Below, piece by piece: positions 1 through 8,367 of a stretch of DNA of 27,257 nt; within the stretch, counting starts at the first letter, position 1, and each line of letters begins with the position of its first letter. A program made the translations under genes and the position numbers. The notes beneath the pieces are model-generated. The model did no database searches and was not told the origin of the DNA. It saw only the letters and a program-made list of their open reading frames with translations. Source of the stretch: an uncultured archaeon (GTDB taxonomy: Archaea > Halobacteriota > Archaeoglobi > Archaeoglobales > Archaeoglobaceae); contig CAYMEG010000005.1 in the NCBI GenBank assembly GCA_964389535.1, positions 1 to 27,257 on the forward strand, written 5' to 3'.

Positions 1-320
1 ACTATCTAACAGCTCATCCAGAATTTGGTGAAAAAGCCAAGAAGTATTTGGAGGAGTTCGATAACCTTTGCACATCCGCCTTGACGGTCTGGATTCTCCA
101 CGTTCTGACAAGATTGAGGAACCTACCAGAAATTCTCGGAGAAATAGGTATCAATATAATTCCTTTAACATCTGACGTTTTGAGCTTTGCAATGAACGTT
201 GAAAAGCTGGATTTTGAGGATGCGATTCATTACGCAACGATGAAGCTAAACAGAATCAACAAAATCATCTCAAACGATAGTGATTTCGATAAGGTAGTAG
301 ATGTTGAAAGAATATTTTAA
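1..320 (+). CDS. vapC: PIN-domain (VapC-like) toxin/ribonuclease, 5'-truncated by the window
   Basis: Frame is open from the window edge (YLTAHPEFGEKAKKYLEEFDNLCTSAL...). C-terminal 'LDFEDAIHYATM...IISNDSDFDKV' matches the PIN acidic motifs. Confidence 0.85.
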   Translation, partial: YLTAHPEFGEKAKKYLEEFDNLCTSALTVWILHVLTRLRNLPEILGEIGINIIPLTSDVLSFAMNVEKLDFEDAIHYATMKLNRINKIISNDSDFDKVVDVERIF

Positions 321-415
321 GTTTTAATTAAAGTCGGATTTAAATCTTCCACAACGTATTGTCACAACCACATTTTTCAGAATGATTGTTACGGTTCTGC
401 CATAATTCAGCGTTC

Positions 416-453
416 AAAACCAGTTCAAAACTAAGGCATTTCTGTTGTTCAAT
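416..453 (+). promoter_or_regulatory. 38-nt upstream motif, copy 1
   Basis: AAAACCAGTTCAAAACTAAGGCATTTCTGTTGTTCAAT matches 1094-1131 at 30/38 positions. Both copies precede exported-protein genes. Confidence 0.6.
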
Positions 454-521
454 CGTAATGATTAACGAGCGCCGAGGAGGGGCGCAATGACACAAACACC
501 CAACTGAACGAGGGTGAGAGC

Positions 522-1077
522 GTGAAGAAGTGGATAATAGCAGAGATAACAATATTAACGGTACTAATACTGGTTGCTAGTGTTTTTACAGCCACAGCAG
601 ATGATAAAACGTTAAATGGCTATCGTAACAATGTAATATTTATAGATGTCAGCAAAGTCAATGTTATAAATGTGTCAGATTACGTTAAGGATGGAGTATA
701 TCCAAAGACTATCGAGATCTGGGTAGGTTCTTTGTATTTCAATGAATCTTGAAGTAATCCCGCGTTGGCATACATACGGGATGTAACTCTCAAAGAAGTA
801 CCAGAAGAAGGTATGTATGTTAAACTCTGGGTTAGCTATGACTTCGATGATAGTGACTGGTGGGCATTTGGTGATGTGAACTTCGAATTTAAAGATGACG
901 GTGGAACGAGCAGTAAGGTGATACACGACAGTATGTTGGGGAGACCAGTCCGAGAGTGGTTGGCTAAGTCCACCCGCGTTTAAGGTCTATCCGGGCCATA
1001 CATACGACTACCACGGAAAGGTCTGGCGTGGATCGGAGTCGGATGAAAGTTCTGGAACACTTTATGTTTACCCTTAG
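522..1077 (+). pseudogene. Disrupted exported protein (signal peptide), with in-frame TGA at 750-752 and a frameshift near 921
   Basis: ORFs 522-752 and 765-983 share one frame, separated only by TGA (FNES*SNPALAYIRD). A +1 frame 922-1077 (YTTVCWGDQSESGWLSPPAFKVYPGHTYDYHGKVWRGSESDESSGTLYVYP*) ends just before a T-tract. The N-terminus MKKWIIAEITILTVLILVASVFTATA is signal-peptide-like. Confidence 0.6.
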
Positions 1078-1080
1078 CCT

Positions 1081-1093
1081 TATTTTTTCTTTT
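1081..1093 (+). terminator. Archaeal T-rich terminator candidate
   Basis: TATTTTTTCTTTT a few bases after the TAG at 1075-1077. Confidence 0.45.
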
Positions 1094-1131
1094 AAAACTG
1101 GTTTAAAACCAAAGCATTAGTGCTGTTCAAT
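1094..1131 (+). promoter_or_regulatory. 38-nt upstream motif, copy 2
   Basis: AAAACTGGTTTAAAACCAAAGCATTAGTGCTGTTCAAT, similar to 416-453. Contains a TATA-like TTTAAA. Confidence 0.6.
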
Positions 1132-1154
1132 AGAAGTGATAAAATAAAAGGTAG

Positions 1155-1592
1155 GTGAGAAGTTTGAAAAGGAAAGGAGTGTTGGTACTGATGCTGACAC
1201 TTGCAGTATTTGGGATCATCATCGGTAGCATTGCCACATCGTTTGTAAAACCCGAAAAAGCCTCAAGTCCCAGACGGGGAGCCGTGGCGATGGATATAAA
1301 AACTATAAGAAAAATCGAAAGTGAAGCATTGGATGTGGCAAAGAAAAACGAAACTTTTGTGAAGCTTTTGGGTGAAGGTTACACAATAAAGAAAATAAAA
1401 CCAGTTATCGAAGCTGAAATCGTAAAAGTTCCCATCAATGCCAGCAATTCCGAAAATATAACACAATATATGCTTACCGCAAAGATTCTACCACCTAAGC
1501 TCGTGAAAATAGTACTTCAAAAGAACAACGAAAGCATAAGCGACCTCGTGAGAATAGACTTAAAGAAGGTGGTAGGTTATGAACATCGATAG
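1155..1592 (+). CDS. Hypothetical exported or membrane-anchored protein
   Basis: GTG start after AGGTAG. Basic N-terminus followed by a hydrophobic stretch (GVLVLMLTLAVFGIIIGSIA). Overlaps the next gene by 14 nt. Confidence 0.7.
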   Translation: MRSLKRKGVLVLMLTLAVFGIIIGSIATSFVKPEKASSPRRGAVAMDIKTIRKIESEALDVAKKNETFVKLLGEGYTIKKIKPVIEAEIVKVPINASNSENITQYMLTAKILPPKLVKIVLQKNNESISDLVRIDLKKVVGYEHR

Positions 1593-2157
1593 AAGATACT
1601 TGGCATTACTTCTATTTTTTATCTCTGTTGTGTCTATATCCTTCAAGCTTTCTACACCCTCGAATGTCTGGTTTATAGTTGTCGACGATAAACTTCAAAT
1701 AAAACAGCTTAACGGATTCTATACATTTACGGATGCTGTTCTACTGATCTTCTTTGCGGTGATTTTAGGAGCTACCGGAGTATACCTGATGATGTTGCCG
1801 GTTGAAGAACGGCCAGTGCACACGATAGATTTAAACGGCTTAAAAGACAACGAAAAGAAGATCGTTGAAATTTTAATTGAAAATGACGGTGTTATGTTCC
1901 AGAGCGAGATAGTTGAAAAGAGTGGGCTACCTAAAAGCACAGTCAGCATAATCCTCGACAAACTCGAAGCCAAAGGAATAGTGGAAAGAAGAAAATACGG
2001 TATGAGCAACGTGGTAATTTTGAAAAAGGCAAATAAATTAACCCTTAGCTACACCCAAAGGCAACAACCTCGCAACCAATCTCGATATCCCAGCCCTATG
2101 CACAACATCTACAACGTCATCGCTCGACTTATAAGCCTCTGGCGCTTCCTCAGCTAA
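1579..2157 (+). CDS. Membrane-anchored winged-HTH transcriptional regulator (COG2512-like)
   Basis: Two hydrophobic segments, then '[61 protein letters not shown]', a MarR-like wHTH. Confidence 0.8.
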   Translation: MNIDRRYLALLLFFISVVSISFKLSTPSNVWFIVVDDKLQIKQLNGFYTFTDAVLLIFFAVILGATGVYLMMLPVEERPVHTIDLNGLKDNEKKIVEILIENDGVMFQSEIVEKSGLPKSTVSIILDKLEAKGIVERRKYGMSNVVILKKANKLTLSYTQRQQPRNQSRYPSPMHNIYNVIARLISLWRFLS

Positions 2158-3489
2158 CAAAGCTCCATGAGTTGCCCTTACATAAATACCCCTCTGCTCA
2201 AGCTTCTGCTTGACTACATTACCTCTAAGCTTTCTCTTAGCTGCTGCTCTGCTCATAACTCTACCGCTTCCATGGCATGTCGAGCCAAAGGTCTCCTCCA
2301 TAGCCTTTTCCGTTCCAACGAGAACATAGCTCGGAGTTCCCATACTGCCGGGAATCAACACCGGTTGTCCGATGTCTCTGTAATCTCTCGGAATGTCCGG
2401 ATGTCCCGGGCCAAACGCTCTCGTTGCACCCTTCCTGTGAACGCAAACCTTCTTCTTTTTGCCGTCCACCTTATGAACTTCGAACTTTGCAATGTTGTGT
2501 GCGACATCGTAAACCAATTCCATTCCCAAGTCCTCCTCACTCATCTTGAATACCTTCTGGAAAGTCTCTCTGACCCAGTGAGTGATTATCTGTCTATTGC
2601 ACCAAGCGTAATTTGCGCTTGCGGCCATTCCTCCGAAGTAATCCTGTCCCTCCTTGCTCTTTATCGGAGCGCAAGCAAGCTGTCTATCTGGCAACCTTAT
2701 GCCGTACTTCTTCACAGCCCTATCAAGCACAACCAAGAAATCTGAGCAGACCTGATGTCCAAGCCCTCTGCTACCGCAGTGAACCATCACGGTCACTTGC
2801 CCCTCCTTAAGTCCCATAGCCTTAGCGGCTTTCTCATCGAATATCTTATCAACGTACTGCACCTCCAAGAAGTGGTTACCACTGCCCAAGGTTCCAAGCT
2901 GAGGTCTTCCTCTCTCCCTAGCTTTCCTACTCACAACTTCAGGCCTTGCTCCTTCCATCGCTCCGTTTTCTTCACAGTGCTCCAAATCTTTCTCATAGCC
3001 GTAGCCGTTCTCAATTGCCCACTTAGCACCTTCAACGAGCACCTCATCGAGCTCGTGGTCTTTAACCCTTAGCCTACCTTCACTTCCAACTCCAGAAGGA
3101 ACCGCCACGAAAAGCTCGTCTATAAGCTCCCTGATCTTGGGTCTAACCTCATCGACTGTTAAATTCGTTCTGATAAGCCTGACCCCACAGTTGATGTCGA
3201 AACCTACACCACCCGGACTCACAACTCCCTCCTCAGCATCAAAAGCAGCCACACCACCAATCGGGAAGCCGTAACCGACGTGAACATCCGGCATCACTAA
3301 GCTTGCAACCTGAATTCCGGGCATCGTAGCAACGTTAGCAGCCTGCTCTACCGCATCTTTCTCCAAGATCTCCATAAGCTTGCGGTTGATGTAGAATATA
3401 GCGGGAACCTTCATTCCCGGTTTGTAACCTTTAGGAAGCTCCCACTTGTAATCGGTAATCTTCCTGAAAATGCTCTCAAATCCTGCCAT
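2038..3489 (-). CDS. rtcB: tRNA-splicing ligase RtcB
   Basis: Motifs [48 protein letters not shown] and EEAPEAYK. 483 aa, no intein. Confidence 0.97.
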   Translation of the reverse strand: MAGFESIFRKITDYKWELPKGYKPGMKVPAIFYINRKLMEILEKDAVEQAANVATMPGIQVASLVMPDVHVGYGFPIGGVAAFDAEEGVVSPGGVGFDINCGVRLIRTNLTVDEVRPKIRELIDELFVAVPSGVGSEGRLRVKDHELDEVLVEGAKWAIENGYGYEKDLEHCEENGAMEGARPEVVSRKARERGRPQLGTLGSGNHFLEVQYVDKIFDEKAAKAMGLKEGQVTVMVHCGSRGLGHQVCSDFLVVLDRAVKKYGIRLPDRQLACAPIKSKEGQDYFGGMAASANYAWCNRQIITHWVRETFQKVFKMSEEDLGMELVYDVAHNIAKFEVHKVDGKKKKVCVHRKGATRAFGPGHPDIPRDYRDIGQPVLIPGSMGTPSYVLVGTEKAMEETFGSTCHGSGRVMSRAAAKRKLRGNVVKQKLEQRGIYVRATHGALLAEEAPEAYKSSDDVVDVVHRAGISRLVARLLPLGVAKG

Positions 3490-3588
3490 GTTGTAAATGA
3501 TGGAGATTGGATTTTTAAAGGTTTAGTTAAAAATTAGATTTTAGACGCTCATAGTTAATCTGGATATTTGATTCTTCTAATAGAGCCA

Positions 3589-4221
3589 TTAGGCAAATAA
3601 GCTCTTCATCTTTCCAGCTAACCCCGTGAATACGAATTCAACGCCGATGGCTGCCAAAAATATCGCCATCAACCTTGCTATGATATCCGAACCACTCTTG
3701 CCCAACACCCTGATTATAGCTTCGCTATAGATGTGTGTAAGCCTAACTATGACGTACACGATAACTATGGCCAAAATTAGAAGGAATTTTGAAAAAACGT
3801 CAGTAGCTTCGGAATTTAGAACTATCGCTGCTGTTATGGCTCCCGGGCCAGTATAAAGTGGAAGGGCTATTGGAAAGACGGCCAACGAGTCCACATCGAC
3901 GTGCTTGAGTCCTCTCCTCGCATAAGCCTCTTTCCCCCTACTACCGGTTAGGATGTCCAACGCTACAGCGAACAGTAAAATGCCACCGGCTACCTTTAGA
4001 CTATCTATCGAAATGTGAAATATCTTAAGCAGTAGATCTCCAGTTATTGCAACGAAAATTAGCAAAACAGCTGCTATGAGTGTCGATTTCTTCGAAACTC
4101 TTTCTCTCTCATCGTGATCAAGCCTTTCGGTTAAGGCAATGAACATGGGTATGTTGCCAGGGGGATCGACGATTACAAATATCGTTGTAAAGGCTGTTAT
4201 AAAGTAGCTTATGTAGTCCAT
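3589..4221 (-). CDS. MarC family integral membrane protein
   Basis: 'IFVIVDPPGNIPMF', 'VFPIALPLYTGPGAIT' and 'RLMAIFLAAIGVE'; six hydrophobic segments. Confidence 0.92.
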   Translation of the reverse strand: MDYISYFITAFTTIFVIVDPPGNIPMFIALTERLDHDERERVSKKSTLIAAVLLIFVAITGDLLLKIFHISIDSLKVAGGILLFAVALDILTGSRGKEAYARRGLKHVDVDSLAVFPIALPLYTGPGAITAAIVLNSEATDVFSKFLLILAIVIVYVIVRLTHIYSEAIIRVLGKSGSDIIARLMAIFLAAIGVEFVFTGLAGKMKSLFA

Positions 4222-5159
4222 AGATCCAACGCTCTCCTAACGTTTTTCAAAAGGGTAACAGCCGCCTCTTGCGAGGGAAAGCTGAACAAACCGCAATCCG
4301 GGCCGACATAAGATATAAGATCCCCGAATCTTTCATAAGCCTTTTCAATTCTACTTTTAATGACTTCCGGACTCTCAATTTCGTTTATAGCCTTAATGAT
4401 CAGTTCTTCGCTTTCCCAGGCGTTTACGTTGTATCTCTGATTAAATTCGGCGATTATTCCATCTATATCGCTCCTCGCAACTCCGATCCTTAGTTTCTTA
4501 TCGTAAGATTCCAAGTCCTCTGGGTCTATAAAGTCCAAAGCTGAAGGATCTTTAGCTGATTCCACACCAATAACGTCGATAGTATCGATATCAAGCAACC
4601 TCTCATAGAACAAAGGGGTGTGAAGATGTATCTGCACATCAACATCAAAGTCCAACGGCTCGAAGGCCAGCTTGAGTTGGTCATCCGTGGGCTGTAGGTC
4701 AGGATTTAAACCCAAACTCGGTTCATCTATGCTCACGCATTCGACATTTGGATACTTCAAAGCATTCTCAACAAACCTCGCAACAGATTTAGCGAGATTT
4801 TCAAGGACATCATCGAAGATAACGGTTCCCAATTCTTTGACGTACAACTCAAATGGCCCAGTTACGCAAACCCTAACGGAATCGCTTTCGATCTTCTCAA
4901 CGTACTCAAGCTCAACAATTTTTGCCTCGCTCTTCATAACCAAGTACGCATCTTCCTGGTAGTTTTTGATGATCCTCATGAACTGCTCAACCATATCCTG
5001 AAACTGCGGATAATTCGGGCATTCCACTCCAGCATTGACCTTCATCAGAAAGGCTCGCTGAACCATCTCTTCATACTCCTTGGTATGAAGGTTCTCCATT
5101 ACCCATTCTCTAGTTATCCCCTTTGGCAGTGGAAAGCTACCTATGTCGTCGAAGATCAT
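4209..5159 (-). CDS. Core (catalytic-domain-only) MetE-like methionine synthase family protein
   Basis: 'DIGSFPLP', 'YPQF', 'VTGPFEL', 'IDEPSLG' and 'GPDCG' are typical of the cobalamin-independent methionine synthase C-terminal barrel. Confidence 0.75.
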   Translation of the reverse strand: MIFDDIGSFPLPKGITREWVMENLHTKEYEEMVQRAFLMKVNAGVECPNYPQFQDMVEQFMRIIKNYQEDAYLVMKSEAKIVELEYVEKIESDSVRVCVTGPFELYVKELGTVIFDDVLENLAKSVARFVENALKYPNVECVSIDEPSLGLNPDLQPTDDQLKLAFEPLDFDVDVQIHLHTPLFYERLLDIDTIDVIGVESAKDPSALDFIDPEDLESYDKKLRIGVARSDIDGIIAEFNQRYNVNAWESEELIIKAINEIESPEVIKSRIEKAYERFGDLISYVGPDCGLFSFPSQEAAVTLLKNVRRALDLWTT

Positions 5160-5260
5160 TGGCTGAAGTAATCATGATTTGAATAAAGTCTTATCGATGC
5201 TCTCATCACCATCGTAACTTATTTATGTGTAGGTAGAAACCTTGAGAGGAGGTGACGCTC

Positions 5261-5722
5261 ATGGCGAGAATGCATGCTAGAAAGAGGGGTAAATCAGGAT
5301 CGAAGAGAGTCTATAGGGATCATCCCCCAGAATGGGTAGAGATGAAGCCTGAAGAGGTAGAGAAGTTAGTGGTAGAGCTCTATAAGGAGGGTTACGAGCC
5401 GAGCATGATAGGTATGATCCTCAGAGATAGATACGGAATACCTTCAGTCAGGCAAGTGACTGGCAAAAAGCTTGTAAAGATCCTCAAGGAGCATGGTGTA
5501 TACACTGGATTACCCGAAGATCTAAAAGCCCTCATCAAGAAGGCGATAAGACTCAGAAAGCATTTAGAAGTTCATAAGAAGGACAAGCACAACATGAGAG
5601 GATTACAGCTGATAGAGGCCAAGATATGGAGGCTTTCAAATTACTATAAAGAGAAGGGTGTACTTCCACCGGACTGGAAGTACGATCCTAAGAAGCTTGA
5701 GATCGAACTATTCAAATCTTAA
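5261..5722 (+). CDS. rps15p: 30S ribosomal protein S15P/S13e
   Basis: [16 protein letters not shown]...[18 protein letters not shown]...[19 protein letters not shown] at 5261 follows GAGGAGGTGA. Confidence 0.96.
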   Translation: MARMHARKRGKSGSKRVYRDHPPEWVEMKPEEVEKLVVELYKEGYEPSMIGMILRDRYGIPSVRQVTGKKLVKILKEHGVYTGLPEDLKALIKKAIRLRKHLEVHKKDKHNMRGLQLIEAKIWRLSNYYKEKGVLPPDWKYDPKKLEIELFKS

Positions 5723-5791
5723 TCATTTTTATAAAATATACATATAGTTGGGATACAAAAAAGTTTTAAATTTTTCTTGTTAATATTTAAT

Positions 5792-6103
5792 ATGGTTTTG
5801 AGAAAGTTAAAGCAAGAAGCAGAAGTTGCATTGAGACACTTGGAAGTTTTAGATCTCGTTGAAAAAAATCAGCCAATCGGTATTTTTAAGCTTGCAGAGA
5901 TCATCAAGCTTCCAAAACATAAGGTCAGATACTCTCTTCGAGTTTTGGAGCAATCCGGGATAATCGAGCCAACACAGCATGGGGCTATGATTAGAGAGGA
6001 TGCGGATGAAGTCTTTAAAAGGTTAAAGGAGGAGATCAGGGAGATTAAGGATATCGTTGACAAGATAGAGAAGAAGTTGGATGAGATATGTTCCCGATTA
6101 TAG
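5792..6103 (+). CDS. Small winged-HTH protein (COG3388-like predicted regulator)
   Basis: 'LRHLEVLDLVEKNQPIGIFKLAEIIKLPKHKVRYSLRVLEQSGIIEPTQHGA'. ATG at 5792 preferred over TTG at 5777. Confidence 0.8.
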   Translation: MVLRKLKQEAEVALRHLEVLDLVEKNQPIGIFKLAEIIKLPKHKVRYSLRVLEQSGIIEPTQHGAMIREDADEVFKRLKEEIREIKDIVDKIEKKLDEICSRL

Positions 6104-6843
6104 GCGTCGTCCATTTAAAGCCTCTTCCCGGCTCTCCAAACTACTCATCGCTTGAGAATGTTTTTAAATCCGCCCTAAGGGATGCAAAAGCTTTGGCCGA
6201 AGGAGGAGTAGACGCGATAATAATTGAAAATTTCGGAGATAAGCCTTTTTTGAAAGAAGTTGGAGCTGAGATAGTCGCAAGCATGAGTGTGATCGCTTGG
6301 GAGGTTAAGAAAGAAACGGGCTTGCCTTTAGGTATAAACGTTCTGAGGAACGATGCAAAGGCTTCTCTTGCCATAGCCAAAGCCGTCGATGCGGATTTTG
6401 TGAGAGTCAACCAGCTTTTCTACGCTTCCCTTAGCCCAGAAGGATGGCTTGAGTGTTCAGCTGGAGAGATTTTAAGGTATAAAAGGGCAATAGACTGCAA
6501 CGCTATGATCTTTGCGGATATATGCGTGAAGCACGCACATCACTTTGTAAGCTTGGAGGAATACGTCGAAAACGCTGAAAGGTGTTTAGTCGATGCTCTA
6601 ATAGTTACTGGAGAAGCTACAGGCAAAGAGGTTAGTCTCAAAGATCTGAAGACGGTCAAAAAGCTCGCGAATATGCCAGTGCTTGTAGGAAGTGGTGTAA
6701 CACCGGAGAATCTGCCGAAATTGGCTAAGTATTGCGACGGAGTGATAGTCGGAACATACTTCAAAAAGCATGGTAAGGTCGATGTTGAAAGGGTCAGAAG
6801 GCTTGTAAGGATTAGAGACAGAACGATTAAACAAAACATCTAA
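6088..6843 (+). CDS. BtpA/SgcQ family TIM-barrel protein
   Basis: 'IIGVVHLKPLPGSP', 'IIENFGDKPF', 'GINVLRND', 'ADICVKHA', 'LIVTGEATG' and 'VLVGSGVT'. Confidence 0.92.
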   Translation: MFPIIGVVHLKPLPGSPNYSSLENVFKSALRDAKALAEGGVDAIIIENFGDKPFLKEVGAEIVASMSVIAWEVKKETGLPLGINVLRNDAKASLAIAKAVDADFVRVNQLFYASLSPEGWLECSAGEILRYKRAIDCNAMIFADICVKHAHHFVSLEEYVENAERCLVDALIVTGEATGKEVSLKDLKTVKKLANMPVLVGSGVTPENLPKLAKYCDGVIVGTYFKKHGKVDVERVRRLVRIRDRTIKQNI

Positions 6844-6844
6844 A

Positions 6845-7555
6845 ATGCGACATCATTCATCACAATCGATGAAAAAGAGGGTCAAAGCCCTAAAGGACAT
6901 CCTAGAGCTAGAGGAAATAGATTTTATGCTCAGAATCGCTGAGGAGATCGAAAAGGCTAATCTTAACCTTCCAGTGCTCTACGCTGGTTCTGGAGGGGAT
7001 GTTGAGCATGCCATAATTTTGGGGGATAAGCTAATTTTTGTTGATTCTCACCTTCCCGAAACAACCCTCACCGAAATTCGAAACAACATCGACAAGATCG
7101 GCGGTGAAATACTCGAAGAGCAAAGAGTGGGTGAACTCGGCTTAGGAGGCAGACACATCATATCCTTCGAGTTCTGCAATGATTTGATAGAGCTAATATA
7201 CTACGCGGAGGATGCGACCAAGTTTATCCCGCATGAGGTCAGAAGAGGCTGTTCAGTTTACTTCGTAAAGGTTCCCCATCCCAAAGAACCTAAAGTGGGA
7301 TCTCTCACTTCTCCAGAATCCTTAAGTAGAGCATTAAAGCTCATAGCATTGGGTGGATTCTACTTGGAAAGGGAATGTCCTCTCTGTAGAGTACTTAGGC
7401 CGGAAGATTTGGGATTCATCAAGGTAACATCGGGGTACATCTCCGCTCTATCGGTGAACTACAACGCCAAAGGAAACCTCTACAAAAAGATCAGAGATGT
7501 CGAAAACATCTACGATCTTCTCAAGTTAGACTTAAAATTATCGCAGGAGCTATAA
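6845..7555 (+). CDS. Hypothetical protein, possibly class I SAM-methyltransferase-like (start may be 6869)
   Basis: 236-aa ORF within the operon. 'VLYAGSGGD' followed by 'LIFVD' resembles Rossmann motifs I and II. Confidence 0.55.
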   Translation: MRHHSSQSMKKRVKALKDILELEEIDFMLRIAEEIEKANLNLPVLYAGSGGDVEHAIILGDKLIFVDSHLPETTLTEIRNNIDKIGGEILEEQRVGELGLGGRHIISFEFCNDLIELIYYAEDATKFIPHEVRRGCSVYFVKVPHPKEPKVGSLTSPESLSRALKLIALGGFYLERECPLCRVLRPEDLGFIKVTSGYISALSVNYNAKGNLYKKIRDVENIYDLLKLDLKLSQEL

Positions 7556-7578
7556 GCAGAGAGAGTGATATATTAGAC

Positions 7579-8130
7579 ATGCTCACATTGAAGGGAAAGC
7601 ATTCTACAATCTACGTTGAAAACGGAAGAGCTATCAAGGTGTTCAAGCCTCAGTTTAGATACAACTTCTGGAAGGAGGTAAGGTACCTCACAGTCCTCCA
7701 ATCACAGAGGTTCGTTCCTAAGCTCTTTAGCTTTAATTCATCCGAGCTATCTATTGAGATGGAGTTTATCGACGGAGTTTTTATCAGGGATTTCATTAAA
7801 GAAAGTGATAGTGATGAGCTTAGACGAGTTCTACAGAGATGCTTGGATATCTGCTACCGACTGGACAGAATGAGAATTCAGAAGGAGGAGATGAACCACC
7901 CAGGCAAGCACATCTTGATTAGAAATGGAGAAGTTTACTTCATAGACTTCGAACGATCTTTCGATTCCCCAAATCCAAGCAACGTTACACAGTTCGTAAC
8001 GTATCTTTGCTCAAAGCCGATAATGGAGAAAGCGGGAATAAACAGACCACCTATAGAGCTACTGAAGGAGTATAAGAAAGACTACAGCTTCAAAAGCTAT
8101 ATGAAGCTAAAAAATGCTATATTTGGTTAA
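7579..8130 (+). CDS. Small Ser/Thr protein kinase-like protein (COG2112 / RIO-Bud32-like)
   Basis: 'KGKHSTIY', 'AIKVF', 'FVPKL', 'MEFIDG' and 'VYFIDFE'. Confidence 0.8.
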   Translation: MLTLKGKHSTIYVENGRAIKVFKPQFRYNFWKEVRYLTVLQSQRFVPKLFSFNSSELSIEMEFIDGVFIRDFIKESDSDELRRVLQRCLDICYRLDRMRIQKEEMNHPGKHILIRNGEVYFIDFERSFDSPNPSNVTQFVTYLCSKPIMEKAGINRPPIELLKEYKKDYSFKSYMKLKNAIFG

Positions 8131-8182
8131 AGACTAAAATTTCAATAATGATTTTTATATTTATCAAATTTTTTTTACAAAC

Positions 8183-8242
8183 TATCAGTGGTGGCGCATG
8201 TCTTCATCGCTTTCGCTCAGCGCAGGTCGTATTCATCATCCT
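8183..8242 (-). ncRNA. Box C/D methylation-guide sRNA
   Basis: Minus strand reads ATGATGA (C, 8239-8233), ATACGACCTGCG, CTGA (D', 8220-8217), GCGAAA, GCGATGA (C', 8210-8204), AGACATGCGCCACCA, CTGA (D, 8188-8185). This is the canonical archaeal architecture, in a GC-rich patch of an AT-rich spacer. Confidence 0.85.
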
Positions 8243-8367
8243 ATACTAATCTATTTCTTCAGGTAAAAATAGGTAACCACACCACTATTGCAACCGTACT
8301 GGCCTATAATTCCCTACATTATAGGAACTCACGCCCATTAATACAGGTAAAAATAACCATAAACTAA

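Noticed and set aside
750-752. Selenocysteine recoding of the in-frame TGA
   Set aside because: No redox-motif context and no recognisable SECIS, and the same gene also has a frameshift; pseudogenisation is simpler.
2167-3072. Long + strand ORFs inside rtcB
   Set aside because: Antisense shadows of a highly conserved gene with no protein-like motifs.
5170-5215. GTGATGA box C-like motif on the minus strand upstream of the MetE-like gene
   Set aside because: No downstream CTGA box D at a suitable spacing; the region is a divergent promoter.
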